64,000 nt of DNA from contig NC_087436.1 of assembly GCF_036321535.1 (NCBI RefSeq), positions 76,572,001 through 76,636,000 of the forward strand. The letters are read 5' to 3'. Shown here in pieces: positions 1 through 11,951 of the stretch. The stretch comes from Camelus dromedarius. Lineage: Eukaryota. The notes under the pieces were generated by a model that saw only the letters and a program-made list of their open reading frames with translations, did no database searches and had not been told where the DNA came from. Numbering within the stretch: the first letter of the stretch is position 1; every line of letters begins with the position of its first letter. The position numbers and the translations under genes are program-made.

Positions 1-450
1 TGACTGCTGAAGCAGGAGCATCAGCCCTAATGCTCGACCTGACCTAACCAGACCCAAAGACCCTCCAACTTCCCTCATTCCTTGTGACTCAGATGATACA
101 GGGCCTCATAGAGTGTGGCATTTGGTGTCCTCAGTGGCTTCCTAGGAAGGTCCAGGCAACACACATGAAAGTTCAGGTCCACTAACAACTCATGGGGCAA
201 ACTTTGACAACGAGCTAGGAGGGCACGTCAAAATTAATTTCTCTCACTTTCTTCCCTGCTAAGGGCTGTTCTGAGTGAGGCACAGTGGTTTCTGAAAGCC
301 TGATGGGAAGCTGTCCTACATGACTGAGCTGCTTCTCCTGCCTCAGCTCTCTTTCACCCTCACCCTACATGCCTTAGGTTTGCCTTCCAGTAAAGCCTTA
401 ACCATTAATCTGCCTGAGACTCTGTTTTGTAGACAATCAGGGCTATGAAA
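1..450 (+). mobile_element. Old ERVL-type LTR fragment (LTR16-like), cut by the window start
   Basis: Motifs 'ggggcaaactttgac', a pyrimidine-rich R/U5-like stretch and a 3' 'ctctgttttgtagacaatcagggctatgaaa' resemble the LTR16 family as I recall it. Confidence 0.55.
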
Positions 451-479
451 GCAATTATGTTAATATAGTTAGGAACAAA

Positions 480-1210
480 AAGTTTTTAGAGTAAAAGGAA
501 AAATGGGCATGAAAGCAAAGATAAGTTAAAAAAAATCTTATAATTCAACTTGAATTGGAAGTATTTGCATGAATTGACCAGAAAAAAAATGCCTGATTCC
601 CTACTTTTATCCACTGAAAAGTAATCATAACTTAAAAGCCATGAGTATATTACCTGGATTATAGTTTGTATTTATTATATTTCAACAAAAGCATCTGAAA
701 AATGAGTGTTTCTAAGTCTGAGGCAGGCTTTATAAGACTACATTTCAATAATAATAAATAAATATATATATACACAAAAAAAGATTAATCTGATGTTTTT
801 CAGAGGTCAAAATGCAAGCTATAAAAGAATATGAGTTATGTTGAAAGGCCATAGACACTAAAGTTAAGAGGATCTGAATAGCCAAAGATGGCAAGATTTG
901 AGTATCAAAAAGAATAATGAGTACAATTTATTGGAACATACTCATTACGTAAGAATCCCTAAGTTCATGACACATAATTTATGAGAGGGAGAACCAACAA
1001 ACCAAAACACAATTCATTAACACTTTATTTAAAAGCAAAAAACTAAGAATAAAAATTTATCTTGCTTTTCCTTTATGAACTAAATTTGAAGATGACCAAA
1101 TAGCCCTGGCTAGTGAGGAAAAGTTGTTTTGAAGAAGTCTCACTGAAAGATGTTAATGAAAGGGTAAATTAGAAAATCACAATTTTGCAACCTTTAGTAA
1201 AATAATTAAT
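480..1210 (+). mobile_element. Ancient L1MC-type 3' UTR fragment
   Basis: 'gccaaagatggcaagatttgagtatcaaaaagaataatga' and 'aattagaaaatcacaattttgcaacc' resemble the L1MC4/L1MC5 3' end. Confidence 0.6.
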
Positions 1211-1572
1211 ACTTATTTTGGATCTTTTTAGAAAGTGAATTTCCAACTTGCTTCGCTAAGAAAAGAGCTTTCTATAATAATAAGAGGATTATGTAAATAG
1301 ATTAAAGGAATATTGATTTATAACCTGGAGACTAGGAACTCTTTAATAGCAAATTATATTTGTGAGTGTATTTGTTATATATTGTTCATTTAAACCTTTA
1401 AAATATTTTTCATAGAAAGTTGATTTTATTCACCAGATCTGTAATAATTTAGCCACTGATTGTGACCTCATTGATCAAACTCATAATAGAGTAGTCTAAA
1501 AGGAAAATGTGGAACCTTTTAACGTGTGGAGTGTTGCTAAAATACTTTCTTCTTACAAAATATTATTATTTT

Positions 1573-1667
1573 AATGCTTCACACATTTGTGTCATCCTTG
1601 CCCAGGGGCCATGCTGATCCTCCCTGTATCATTCCAATTTTAGTCTATGTGCTACTGAAGTCAGCAC
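1573..1667 (-). pseudogene. RNU6: U6 snRNA retropseudogene, diverged and lacking the final CCATATTTT
   Basis: Reverse complement reads GTGCTGACTTCAGTAGCACATAGACTAAAATTGGAATGATACAGGGAGGATCAGCATGGCCCCTGGGCAAGGATGACACAAATGTGTGAAGCATT, colinear with U6 from its 5' end; an A-rich tail follows. Confidence 0.95.
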
Positions 1668-1719
1668 ACAACACATTAAAGGGAGAATAAACAGTGGTTC
1701 TGGCAGATTAAAGGTAAAG

Positions 1720-2090
1720 TTTAGAGGAGAAGCTTAATGGGTCAGATCGATGCTCAATGTTTCAGAAGTAAATGGCCACAGTGTGAAGGGTATTTAGGAG
1801 ATGATGTGAGTAGGAGATCAGGTAGACAGCAGTTTAATGACCTGAATTTGGTCAGTGGGGGAAAGAATGGACATGACGTTCTGAATTTGAGAGGTGCTTC
1901 GGAGGTAGCATTAAGAGGATTTGGCCCTTGGCTGAACGAGGGTGGAGGGTGGACAAGAGGAAAAGTCAAACCATCATCCCAATGTAATAGTTGAGGTGAA
2001 TGCTTACCTAGATTTTCAATAAGATACAAGATATAGATTGCAGGGGGTTGAGCAGTGACTAAGAGATGAGGAAAAGCTTTTTGAAAGCTT
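1720..2090 (-). mobile_element. L2 (LINE2) fragment
   Basis: Purine-rich degenerate sequence resembling the L2 antisense strand ('ggacatgacgttctgaatttgagaggtgc'). Confidence 0.45.
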
Positions 2091-2199
2091 CGTTATTACT
2101 GTATGCAAGCATGACATTTAAGACCCTTCAAAGTCTTAACCTCCCTCCTTCTTCCTATCCTCATCTCTCTTTACTCTCTAATAAACTTACTCCTTACCC

Positions 2200-2520
2200 T
2201 CCATTGCACTATCCCAGGGATCGAAAAAGTCAGTGGTGCAAACACATAATGCAGTTTCCCACTTTATGTTTTTATTTATACCATTTTTTTCTCTGTGAAA
2301 TAATCCCTCCTTCACATCTCTGCTGTTAAATCACCCTGGTTCTTCAAAGCTCAACATAAGTTTTGTGTACCTCACCCCCCAGGCAGAGTCAATTACTTCT
2401 TTTTCTATGTCTCCTTAAAACTTAATTCAAAACTTTATTACAGCGCTCATAACAAGTTGTTCTAAATTAAATCACATGTTTCAGTCTGTTCCACTAGAAT
2501 GTGCTTAAAGGCTCGACTTG
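2200..2520 (+). mobile_element. L2 3' fragment
   Basis: 'tcttcaaagctcaacat...cccccaggcagagtcaattacttc...ccactagaatgtg' resembles the L2 3' region. Confidence 0.55.
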
Positions 2521-2574
2521 CTGTGTTGCATGAGTGAAAGTCTCCTTATGCAAATTGTTGTGTGTTATTTAATA

Positions 2575-3140
2575 TTAATTAATTAGGACATATTTACCTC
2601 CTCTTGTTATTCACAGTGCTAAGCTGCTGGTGATGCAACAAGTCAGACTGTTAGGGTCCTTGCCCTCTCAATGCTAACGCTTAGTAGATGACACAGAGGA
2701 TCAAAGAGGCTAATTAAAAAACAGGTGTCATAAGTTTAATAATCATTTTAATGGTGGTGATGATGAGGTTAGCTCTTGGGTACTTTCATGTGCCAAGCAT
2801 ATTGCCAAGCGCTGTACATGTTATATATAATCTAACCCTCACATAAACTCAGGGACAGAGGAAGTACAGAGTACTTTTATAGATGTTGGTAGGAAGACAC
2901 ATAACTAAGACTTTGGGAAACACTGAGAGCTTCCCAAACAGTGATTTCCAAGTGAAGACCTGAAAAAAATGATTAGTGTTTAGCCAGGTAAGAGACAGAC
3001 ACAAAGAGACCCATGGAAAGAGAGAGAGAGAGACAGAGAGAGGAAGAGGAGGAGGAACAAGTGTATGTATGTGTGTGTTCAGGTGAGGGTTAGAGAAAGG
3101 AAAAGTGTTTCCAATAGGAAACAAAGGCCAAGGGCCAATC
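2575..3140 (-). mobile_element. L2 3' end (antisense) with an embedded MIR fragment (~2760-2850) and an AG-rich simple repeat (~3018-3055)
   Basis: 'acagtgctaagctgctggtgatgcaaca...gtccttgccctc' (L2) and 'tgtgccaagcatattgccaagcgctgtacatg...taaccctcac' (MIR). Confidence 0.55.
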
Positions 3141-3249
3141 AATGTATGTATTTAGTGGACATCAGGCTTTCTACTTCTAAAGTCAGACCATCAAAATCAT
3201 GGGGCTTAATTCCTTTGGAAACTGTCACAGAAGCTAAAAGCTGAACCAG

Positions 3250-3385
3250 ATCCATTGTCCTCACTTAACAGATAGGAGCACTGAATCCCAGTTAAAGGAA
3301 ACGAGTTCCCAACGTCATGCAGAGTCGTTGGCAAGAGTCGGGTTCCCGGGGCCAGGCTCTTTCCAGAACACCATGCTGCTGCCTC
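3250..3385 (-). mobile_element. MIR fragment
   Basis: 'gtcctcacttaacagataggagcactgaatcccag...cccaacgtcatgcag...ccagaacaccatgctgc' follows the MIR core antisense. Confidence 0.6.
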
Positions 3386-3713
3386 TGCGGATTGTGAAGT
3401 GGTTTCTACTTCGGCCAGCCAACAGTAAGTGTATGCAGACAAATAACATGTTTTATGATTCCCAGCCACCACATCCCAGCTCACGTTCTCCTCTTGATTA
3501 TTATTTAATAAGAAAAATATAAATTATGAACTATAACAGTACGTATCTGTACTTAATCTCAAAGCAGATGTGATCCAGAAATGATTCTGCTCAATCTTCC
3601 CCTCAACACAGCAGTTCCACCATGAAAATGTGTCATGACTTTTTATCTTGTAGGCTATAATTCCACCTTAATCACATCCCTGATGGACAGCCTTAGTATA
3701 TTCTTATTTTGAG

Positions 3714-3925
3714 GTGGTTTATATCAGTTGTAAGAGCGTGGCCTTTGGAGACAGGCAGACCGGGGTCCCCACTCTGAGTCTGCCGCTAACCAGCTGTGTG
3801 ACCTTGGGCCAGTTGCATAACATCTCCGCAGTGGTAGCCAGCCGGCCTCATTGTGTTCTTGTGGGAATTAAGGGACAATACACATGCAAAGTGCAAAGCA
3901 TGGTGCTTGATACGTTGTACATTTT
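3714..3925 (+). mobile_element. MIR SINE
   Basis: 'aagagcgtggctttggagacaggcagacc...agctgtgtgaccttgggc...gtgggaattaa...aaagtgcaaagcatggtgc'. Confidence 0.8.
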
Positions 3926-6422
3926 GAAAATACTTGACTTGTGGGTATATTTTTAGTACCAAATCATAAAATCACAGCTAAAAAATCAGCTACTTTAATT
4001 CTTCCAGTCTACTGATAGCATCTGTAGACTGGCAAAGTTCTCACTTACCAAAATAAAGTATCTGTTTAGTTCCTACCGCCAGACTGTGGACTTTGTAAGA
4101 GCAAAGGCTATGAATTTCCTCTGTGCTCTGGCAGTTACCACTGTGACAAGCATATCGTGAACATAACTATAAACATTGGTTGAATTATCTAATTATTTGG
4201 TGTCTGAGCCAAAGCTAAAACTCAGGCTTTCTGATATCTAACTCTCTATTTTTTTTTTACTGCATCAAAAATAGTGATAAAATAAAAATCACTGATTCTT
4301 CATTTTGTAAAGCATATTCTGGGGGAAATTTGGGCTTAGAAATTTCAGGTTAATTCTGTGATGTTCCAGTATGTTGCTTTTCATTCTGCCTGAACCCTCT
4401 GGTACAAATTCACATGAATATTAATCGTTGGGAAGGGAGTGAGGCCTTCAGTTGAACAGTTAGGAAGTGAGGCAGCTCTTAGCATGATGCCCTGCTGGGT
4501 GGTGAATATATGGCATGGCTCAGGCACTGTGTTTATGCATTTTAAATTGCTTTCTTTATAACTCCAGTCCAGAGGAAATAGCATCTCTTGGCCAAACTGT
4601 GGCAGGGCATTCCAACCCAGTGAAGTAGAATTGAGAAATCTCAAACCGACATCATACCCCTTGAACTTGGCTGCTGCTAAATATGTAGAAATAAATCCCA
4701 CAATGAGCTCCTTCCACATACTATACTCACCAAAACCTTAACGTTATAAAGAGAGCATGAGCAAATGTAATTTCCAAACCCACTTAAGTTGCTTGAACTG
4801 TGGAGTTCCTCATCTTAATTTTAGTAGCAACGTTGACAGCTGATGGAAGTAACGCTGTGCCTTGCAGATGTGAAATACCATAGAAACTTGACCAGTTTCT
4901 TTTGGGATGACATCAGATTGTCCCAAAAGTGGAGTGTGAGTTTTTTTAATTCATTTACTTAAAAAACCCACTCTTATATGCCCCCCAAAATGAATAGTGG
5001 TTCCGACGCCTCTCTCTGCACTTCCCTCTTGAGTCAATGATAAAACATACATGGAACACATGATCCCTGTCTGCCAATTATGGTTGGAAGTATAACATTA
5101 TCCTTTAACTTAACATTTATGAAACAATTGGCTTTAAGAATGGGGGTGATGTGATGGTTTTCAGACAGTAAACTGTGCTAACTGCTTGAAAATGCACACA
5201 ATTTAGGAGCTGACAGGTTCAATTCTCAAGCAGAGTAGGTGCAATGTGATGTTTTGGCACTGGTTAAATATTCAGTCATTTCACTGCTCTGTCTGTGGGA
5301 AATATGCTAATAGCTTGCTGCTATAGCCTTTGAACTCCCAGGGCAAGTGAAGTCCAGAATTCCATACCCAGTGGGTCTCATCACATTGGTTGGATGCAGA
5401 TAACCTTGGCTTTAATATTTTGATTGCTCCATATTAACAGCACATATTTTAGCTCCATCATCACCCAACGAATTAAAGTGAGGTTTTAAAAATAGTGTGT
5501 TTCTTTATATTTCATTTCTAGCAAACAAAACAAAAATTACTAAGAAAAAGAAAGAAACCTCTTGTGGAAAAATTTTAGAAGTCCTTAATACTAGGAAAGT
5601 GTATATTTTTAAGGAAAGGACAGCCAAAGGTCTGGTTTGGCATAGGGAATAAAATTGCAAGTTAAGCAATGGAAACAGACTATTTTTTCCCAGTTACAAA
5701 AGAAATAAAGAAAGAAATCTGTGGCCTGTGGTAAGGTGTCCCTTTTATGAGGTTTGTGACTCAGACTGGAAAGCTCACTGAGGAATAAGAAATCGATTTT
5801 ACTGGATGAGTTTTCTGGATATGTTTGAATGTAGACACTGAGCAAATATTTTAAAATATTTATGTTAAACTTGGAATGTTTGACACAATTTAAATTTGAA
5901 CTTTACTTTGTGGATTCCTATAACAGTGAGGGATTTTCTCTCCTTTTCTGGTTTGTGTCCATGTTGGACTTTTATTTTTCTTTCTGGTTGGACTACCAAA
6001 GGAAGGGAGTGTAAAAAATGGATTGGGATAGTGCACAAAATTTCCTGAAGTAAATACAAGGTGTGGACTTCGTTGTTGTTTCTGTCAGATAATGAACTTC
6101 TTGGCCACATAATAATCATGTTTATTTTCTCATTATATTACAAGTGTATGGTTTCACTGTGTGCTAAGTATTTGCCCTTTGTGGATATAGACACGCCTTC
6201 TCAATCAGACAACTGAGGTGAATAAATATGCACATGTTGCTATAATGCTGACAATCTCCTCTGGCAGCCCATCTCATGTTTAGACTGCTTTTAGTTGGTC
6301 TTCATTTGGGGTTAATGTACTGAGCCAGGACACAGGCATAAACATTAACCCTGGCACTGCAACCTTATTGGCTTGTACTGGGCTAGAATTGATGGGGTCT
6401 CTTCCTAGAATTAAGACTCCAA

Positions 6423-6560
6423 GGGGAAGGTATAGCACAGTGCTAGGGTACATGCCTAGCATGCATGAGGTCCTGGGTTCAATGCCCAGTGCCTCCATTT
6501 AAATAAATAAATAAATAAGCCTAACTACCTCCCCCCAAAAGACAACAACAGCAACAAAAA
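6423..6560 (+). mobile_element. tRNA-Ala-derived SINE (camelid Vic-1 type), long form
   Basis: GGGGAAGGTATAGCACAGTG...GTCCTGGGTTCAATGCCCAGTGCCTCCA head, (TAAA)n, 'cctaactacctcccccc' tail, A-rich end. Confidence 0.9.
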
Positions 6561-7064
6561 GACATCAGTAGTAATTTAAACCAAATTAATCACACTGGCC
6601 ATTTTGGTTCAGTTCAACTCAGATATGCCTTCAATTGGTCAGAGGTGCATTCACCAGCAAGCAAAATAAATAGAAGAATATTTGTTATTCTCTTACTGAC
6701 AGGCAAAACTAATAAGTATAACATAATTTAGTTATTAATTTTTCAGAGTTTTCATCAACCCTTCAATATTTAGAATGTCTTGAAGTAAGAATGCTAGAGC
6801 CCATTTAAAAATATATATGTAATATATATTTGTATTTATAAAATTACTGATATCTAAAATTACTAACATTCTTTTCATTAAATATAGTATTTAAAATTAC
6901 TTCATCTGAAAATAAAGTTTACCCACAAATACCAATAATTCTGTAAGCAGACTAATTCTTTTTTTGTATTCCTCGTAACATCCATGGAGATTGGCCAATA
7001 CTTATATTAAGGAAAGAAGACCATAGGGATGTTCGGTTAAAACTAATGTAGATTTTAGGTACTT

Positions 7065-7780
7065 TATCTGTCAACTGTTGCCACAATAGTGCTTTATAAT
7101 GAAGCACCCCAAAACTCAGTGGCTGAAAATGATTATTTATTCCTGCTCATCAGTGAGTTCTTTTCTGAGCTCATTTCAGTATTGTAGGAACTTATCAAAT
7201 GCATCTGGTAACAATCAGCACATTTGCAAGGTTCTGGCTTGAAATCTTCTCCAAAGATGGGAGTTCAATAGATACCTCTTTTCTTTCTTTGGAGTTCTCA
7301 CAGGTGACTGTTTTGCCAAATGTTTTGACACCAAATAACATTTTTCTAGACTCTCATCAAAGTTTCTTTGCTCTCTGCCACTTTATCCCAAAGCCAATGC
7401 CACATATTTCAAGTATTTGTTACGGCAGCAACTGACTTATAGATACGATTTTCTGCATTTCATCATTTCATTCTCTGCTGCAGGTCAGACTCAGGGCTGC
7501 TCCCTGTGTGAGAATTCTGGGGCCCAGACTGACACTGCATTAGCTGTCCAGGCCAGTTCTTCTCCTGCAACTGCAGACGTGTACAAGATATGGCCAAACA
7601 CAAGCACAACTCAGTCCTCTGCTTACATCACATCTGCTCACATCTTTTTGACCAAAGCAAGTCATGTGGCTAAGGGTGAGGGAAGTACACTTTGTCTGCC
7701 TCAAGGTCACGGCAAAGTTAAGATGTATGCAATTACCAAAGGGAACTAATCAATTTTGATCAATAATTTAATTTACTGTG
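7065..7780 (-). mobile_element. MaLR (MLT1-type) remnant: LTR pieces flanking the 5' part of the internal region (~7200-7455)
   Basis: 'caccccaaaactcagtggctgaaa' and 'gaccaaagcaagtcatgtggctaag' are MLT1 LTR motifs; the minus strand 'gttgctgccgtaacaaatacttgaaatatgtggcattggctttgg' resembles the start of the MLT internal region. Confidence 0.7.
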
Positions 7781-8556
7781 GGCTCCTCTGTTGACATGTC
7801 ATTGAAATAATCCAAGTTATCATTAGTCTACCAAAGGTGATGAAAAGTGATAACCTATTTCTCAATTTCACATTCAGCATTCTTATTATATTTTCTAAAA
7901 CATCATACTAATAGTAGGTAGGTAATATTAATCCAGCTTAACATTTTCTTAGGAATTAATGAAGTAACAGCCAGAGAAAATCATCAGATCGAACTCTACT
8001 TTTTATTTATTTTGAAATATTCTTTTCAATACAATATCATTAAGAAATAATTTTTATTAGTTCCTTCTCTCCAAAACACCTGGCAAACTGATATTAATGA
8101 TAAGCTTCTTGTCTGAAATTGAAACTCTTTGTTCTGTCATAACCTGTGTGCATTCTGTTGGGTCCTTTTGGGGAACTGGCAGAAACAGTAGAAAGTAGCC
8201 ACAGCCCCGAATCATGTTGTCCAAAGGGGATGAAGATGCTCAGTCTAAATTCATGCTGCAGTCATTGTTGGAGGGGTCTCACTGGATGGGCAAAGGCAAG
8301 ACAATGGAAGGCTTTGGGCAGAGTTTAAATACAGAAGTTAAAGGCAGTTTTGTTCCTAGATGTGGATGGAGTGTGTCCGTGTTAGAACTGCCAGTCAAAG
8401 AGGTGCAGACGCATTTTCCAATAACCCTAAGAATGGAGGCTAATTTGGCTCTGTTTGCTAGGTTTAGAACAATAAGAATACTTCAGATCTCATTTATTGA
8501 CATGAAAGAAGATAAAAAGCGTTTGCCATTTTAAGGATTGGTTTAAAAACTAGTCC

Positions 8557-9201
8557 TGCATAATAAATAATTGGCTGGCCTTTCTCTCTGATTACTGAGA
8601 GGTATCCTATACATTTCTGGAATTTCTGGAGTAATAGGAGTGTCTTTGCTACTCACAGTGAGCCCCTAAACAGTTTCTGGTAATGAAGCTGACGATACCA
8701 AATACACCAACAAGGTAATTAGAGAGTAGGGCTTTGAGCCAAGTGATATCAACTGGACCTCCAGGGAGGAAAGAGGGGCTGGAGTTCATCACATAGCCAG
8801 TGCTATGTGCTCACTTAATGAAATCCCAATAGAGCCCTGGACATCAAAGCTTGAAGGAACTTTCCTGTTGGCAGTGTTCTGTGCATATTGCTATATGTCG
8901 ATGTGCTGGGAGAGTGATGCATTCTGACTCCATTTAGAGATGAAACTGGAAGCTTCATGTTTAGAACCCTCTCAGACTCCTCCTATGCACCTCTTCTTTT
9001 ATCTGGTTCTGATTTATATCCTTTTGTGCTCTAATAAAACTGTTCTCATAAGTATAATGCTTCTGTGAGTTGTTCTGGATAGTTATCAAAACTGAGGGGT
9101 AATGGGAATGCCAAGTTTGTAGTCAGTTGGTCAGAAGTGAGGGTAGCCCTGGAAACCCCAGGTGGGTGGTCTAACACCAGGCAGTCAGCATCAGCATTGC
9201 A
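8557..9201 (+). mobile_element. Solo LTR, MER21/MER77 group
   Basis: TG...CA ends; 'ttggctggccttt...ggaatttctggagtaataggagtgtctttg', AATAAA at ~9033 and 'tttgtagtcagttggtcagaagtgagggt'. Confidence 0.75.
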
Positions 9202-9839
9202 AGTGGTCAGAGCAGAGCCTGCAACTGTAGTAGCTGCCCCTGGAATGAGGATGGGCTGAGATAGCCAACACGTACCGAGATCTATGTTCCCCGATGATCA
9301 GGAAATCATCTTGTCTCCCTGAGGGAAAAGGAATTTACCTCAGTTCTAATCATATATTATTTGTGTGTATGTAGGTAGTCCAATCTCCTGTTAAACCATG
9401 TTCAAAGCACAAGAATTAAATAATTATTTTTTAATGCAAGAAATGCATTTTTATTTGAGAACAACATAAACTTTTAGGCAAATGATTTTAGTATATACAT
9501 TTGATTTTGTTTTTGTTCAGAATATAAAAATTTCCCTCACTGATCTTCCATGTGAAGGGTATTACAAGCTTGAAAGGAGATACTTCCTGCACAGAAGTGT
9601 TAATCTTGTATGTAGGGTACTGGAAACCAAGTAACCCCACATATTAAAAAGAAGATAAGAGAAGTATTCTAGTTAATCAGATTCAAGAAGCAAACATGAC
9701 ACAAAAATTGCAGGTAAGACCAGGTCACAAGTATAATTATTAATTTAACTGTTCTATCTTTAAAGTACTTGAAGAAGAAAAATATATTTACCAGTTATAC
9801 ACTATGTATGTAGAGTTGTGACATCATTTATCTATTTTT

Positions 9840-10452
9840 TCTTTGTCTATTCCAATTTTTCTGTGCTCTGTTCCATGTCAAGGCTGGCTAGAAGCCTGGA
9901 AACTACATTTCCCACCCACCCCCACTGTCTCACTAGCTGGCTTCCTGTTCCTGCAATGGGAGGTGGTGGAAAGGAAACAAGGCATTTTTCTTTTGCATTT
10001 CTCCTGTAGGCTGTGCCTTGGGCAGTGGTGGGAATAACAGCAAAGGAACAGCTTCTCCATAGGAGTATGGACTCCAGGCTTCTGTTCAGGTTTCTGTTGT
10101 AGAGGTGGTAGAGGCAGGAGGTGCTTCAGATGCTCCAAGAGCACGAGCTCTTGGGGTCTGGATCCAGCAGCTACAAGCTTTGGGATCTTGCAGTGTCCTT
10201 TGTGAGATGACCTCCTGGTTTCTTTCCACTGGTTCCAGTGGCAGCAGTTACAGCAGCCTCAGCTACACAATGATCACGGATCTGGCTGATTTTCCTTCCT
10301 CTATTCTAGGAGTGATAGCGGCTTTGTACAGTTCCTGGTATCTGGGTTACTTCACCTCTTTCCTTTTACTCATACAACCATTCTGTCACTTTTTTTTAAT
10401 ATGGTAACTTGTTACACTTCTGTTTGAAATATCAGTACTTCCTGAAAAGACA
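9840..10452 (+). mobile_element. LTR33-like ERVL LTR
   Basis: 'ctggaaactacatttccca...ctagctggcttcctgtt', a cagcag-rich middle and a 3' 'tctgtttgaaata'. Confidence 0.7.
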
Positions 10453-10685
10453 CACAACAAGAGGGCAAGGAGTACATACTCCTGAAAATTTTTGTCAAAT
10501 GGAATTTTTACAAATCAAAAAAATATTTTCTGTAAAGGGGAAACCTTCATTTTATGAGTGAAAAAAATTAACCCTTCTGAAATTGATACACCCATTTCTG
10601 ATTTAGGTTACTCATTATATAATTTATCTGCTGTATAATAGTTTATTTTTATACTGCTTTTTTTTCTTTTAAAAGCTTACAGTAT

Positions 10686-11604
10686 TGTGATTTATAAGAA
10701 ATATATGTTGGGTCATTCAGATGACCAAAATATATTTCTTATATATGTTTGGTCTTCACCCATGGTTCCTGACCCAAAGCTCCCAAAAGCCTTTGAAATT
10801 TCCTTAGGGTTGAGAGTGATAAAAAGTGACTTTAGTTGTATTAGTGAAGTGATTTTTGGACTCCATCTAGGGATGGGGGCTGGTTGCCACAAGACCCTGT
10901 TTAGAGGGTTTCAGTCTCACCCCAGATCAGGAAAGAAGAGAGGAGCTGGAGGTTGAATCAATTGCCAAGGGCTATCTATTTAATCAGTCATGCCTATGTA
11001 ATGAGCCCTTCATTAAAACCTGAAAGGACTGGGTTCAGAGAATTTCTGGATTGGTGAACACATGGAGATTTGGGGAAAGTAAGGTGTCTGTAGAGGGCAT
11101 AGAAGTTCCACACTGCCCTCTCCCATATAACTTACCCTACAAATCTCTTCCATCTGGCTGTTACTGAGTTATGTCCTTTTATAATAAACTACTAAGTAAA
11201 ATGTTTCTCTGAGATCTGTGAGCTACTCTAGCAAGTTAATCAAACCCAAGGAGGGGCCGAGGGAACCTCTGGTTTATAGCCAGTCAGTTAGAAGGACAGG
11301 TAACAACCTGGACTTTTGATTGGCATATGAAGTCCAAGGAGGAGATTGTTGAAATCTCCAATCTGTAGCTGGTTGATCAGAAACAGAGGTAGAAGTCTGG
11401 ACTTAAAACTGGTGTCTGAAGTTAGTAGGTGGGGCAGGGGACAGTCTTGTAGGACTGAACCCTTAACCTGTGAAATCTGATGCTACCTCTGGGTAGATTG
11501 TGTTGGAATTAAGTTGAATTCTTTGACACCCTGTCCAAGAATTGTTTGTTACTGTGGGGAAGACCCCCCTCAAACAAACACATACTGAAATTGGTCTCAG
11601 AACA
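10686..11604 (+). mobile_element. MER21-type solo LTR
   Basis: Starts TGTGATTTATAAGAAATATAT; 'tgtccttttataataaac', 'ttaatcaaacccaaggagggg', 'taacaacctggactt'; ends 'ttggtctcagaaca'. Confidence 0.85.
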
Positions 11605-11642
11605 CAAAAAGAAAGCTGATTGCACCCTGAGTTTTATTCTTA

Positions 11643-11951
11643 TTTATTTATTTTTTATTATTTTTTAGAGAACAAAACTTTAATTATTAAAGCAAGGTAA
11701 AGGCTCAGATTTTCTTTCTTTTTTTAAACAATATAACATTTTATATTGATTTATAATCATTTTACAACGTTGTGTCAAATTCCAGTGTAGAGCACGATTT
11801 TTTCAGTTATACATGGACATATATATATTCATTGTCACATTTTTTCTCTGTGAGCTACCATAAGATCTTGTGTATATTTCCCTGTGCTATACAGTATAAT
11901 CTTGTTTATCTAGTCTACAATTTTGAAATCCCGTCTATCCCTTCCCACCCT
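11643..11951 (-). mobile_element. Young 5'-truncated L1 3' end with a probable 3'-transduced segment; perfect TSD CCCTGAGTTTTATTCTTA (11625-11642 / 11952-11969)
   Basis: L1 3' UTR closely similar to the copy at 44484-44708; two T-tracts with unique sequence between them; identical flanking direct repeats. Confidence 0.92.

Noticed and set aside
1573..1667. Functional U6 gene
   Set aside because: Many substitutions including the ACAGAGA box (ACAGGGA), a missing 3' end and no evident PSE/TATA promoter upstream
4381..4719. 112-aa minus-strand ORF
   Set aside because: No recognisable homology or exon structure; length is compatible with chance
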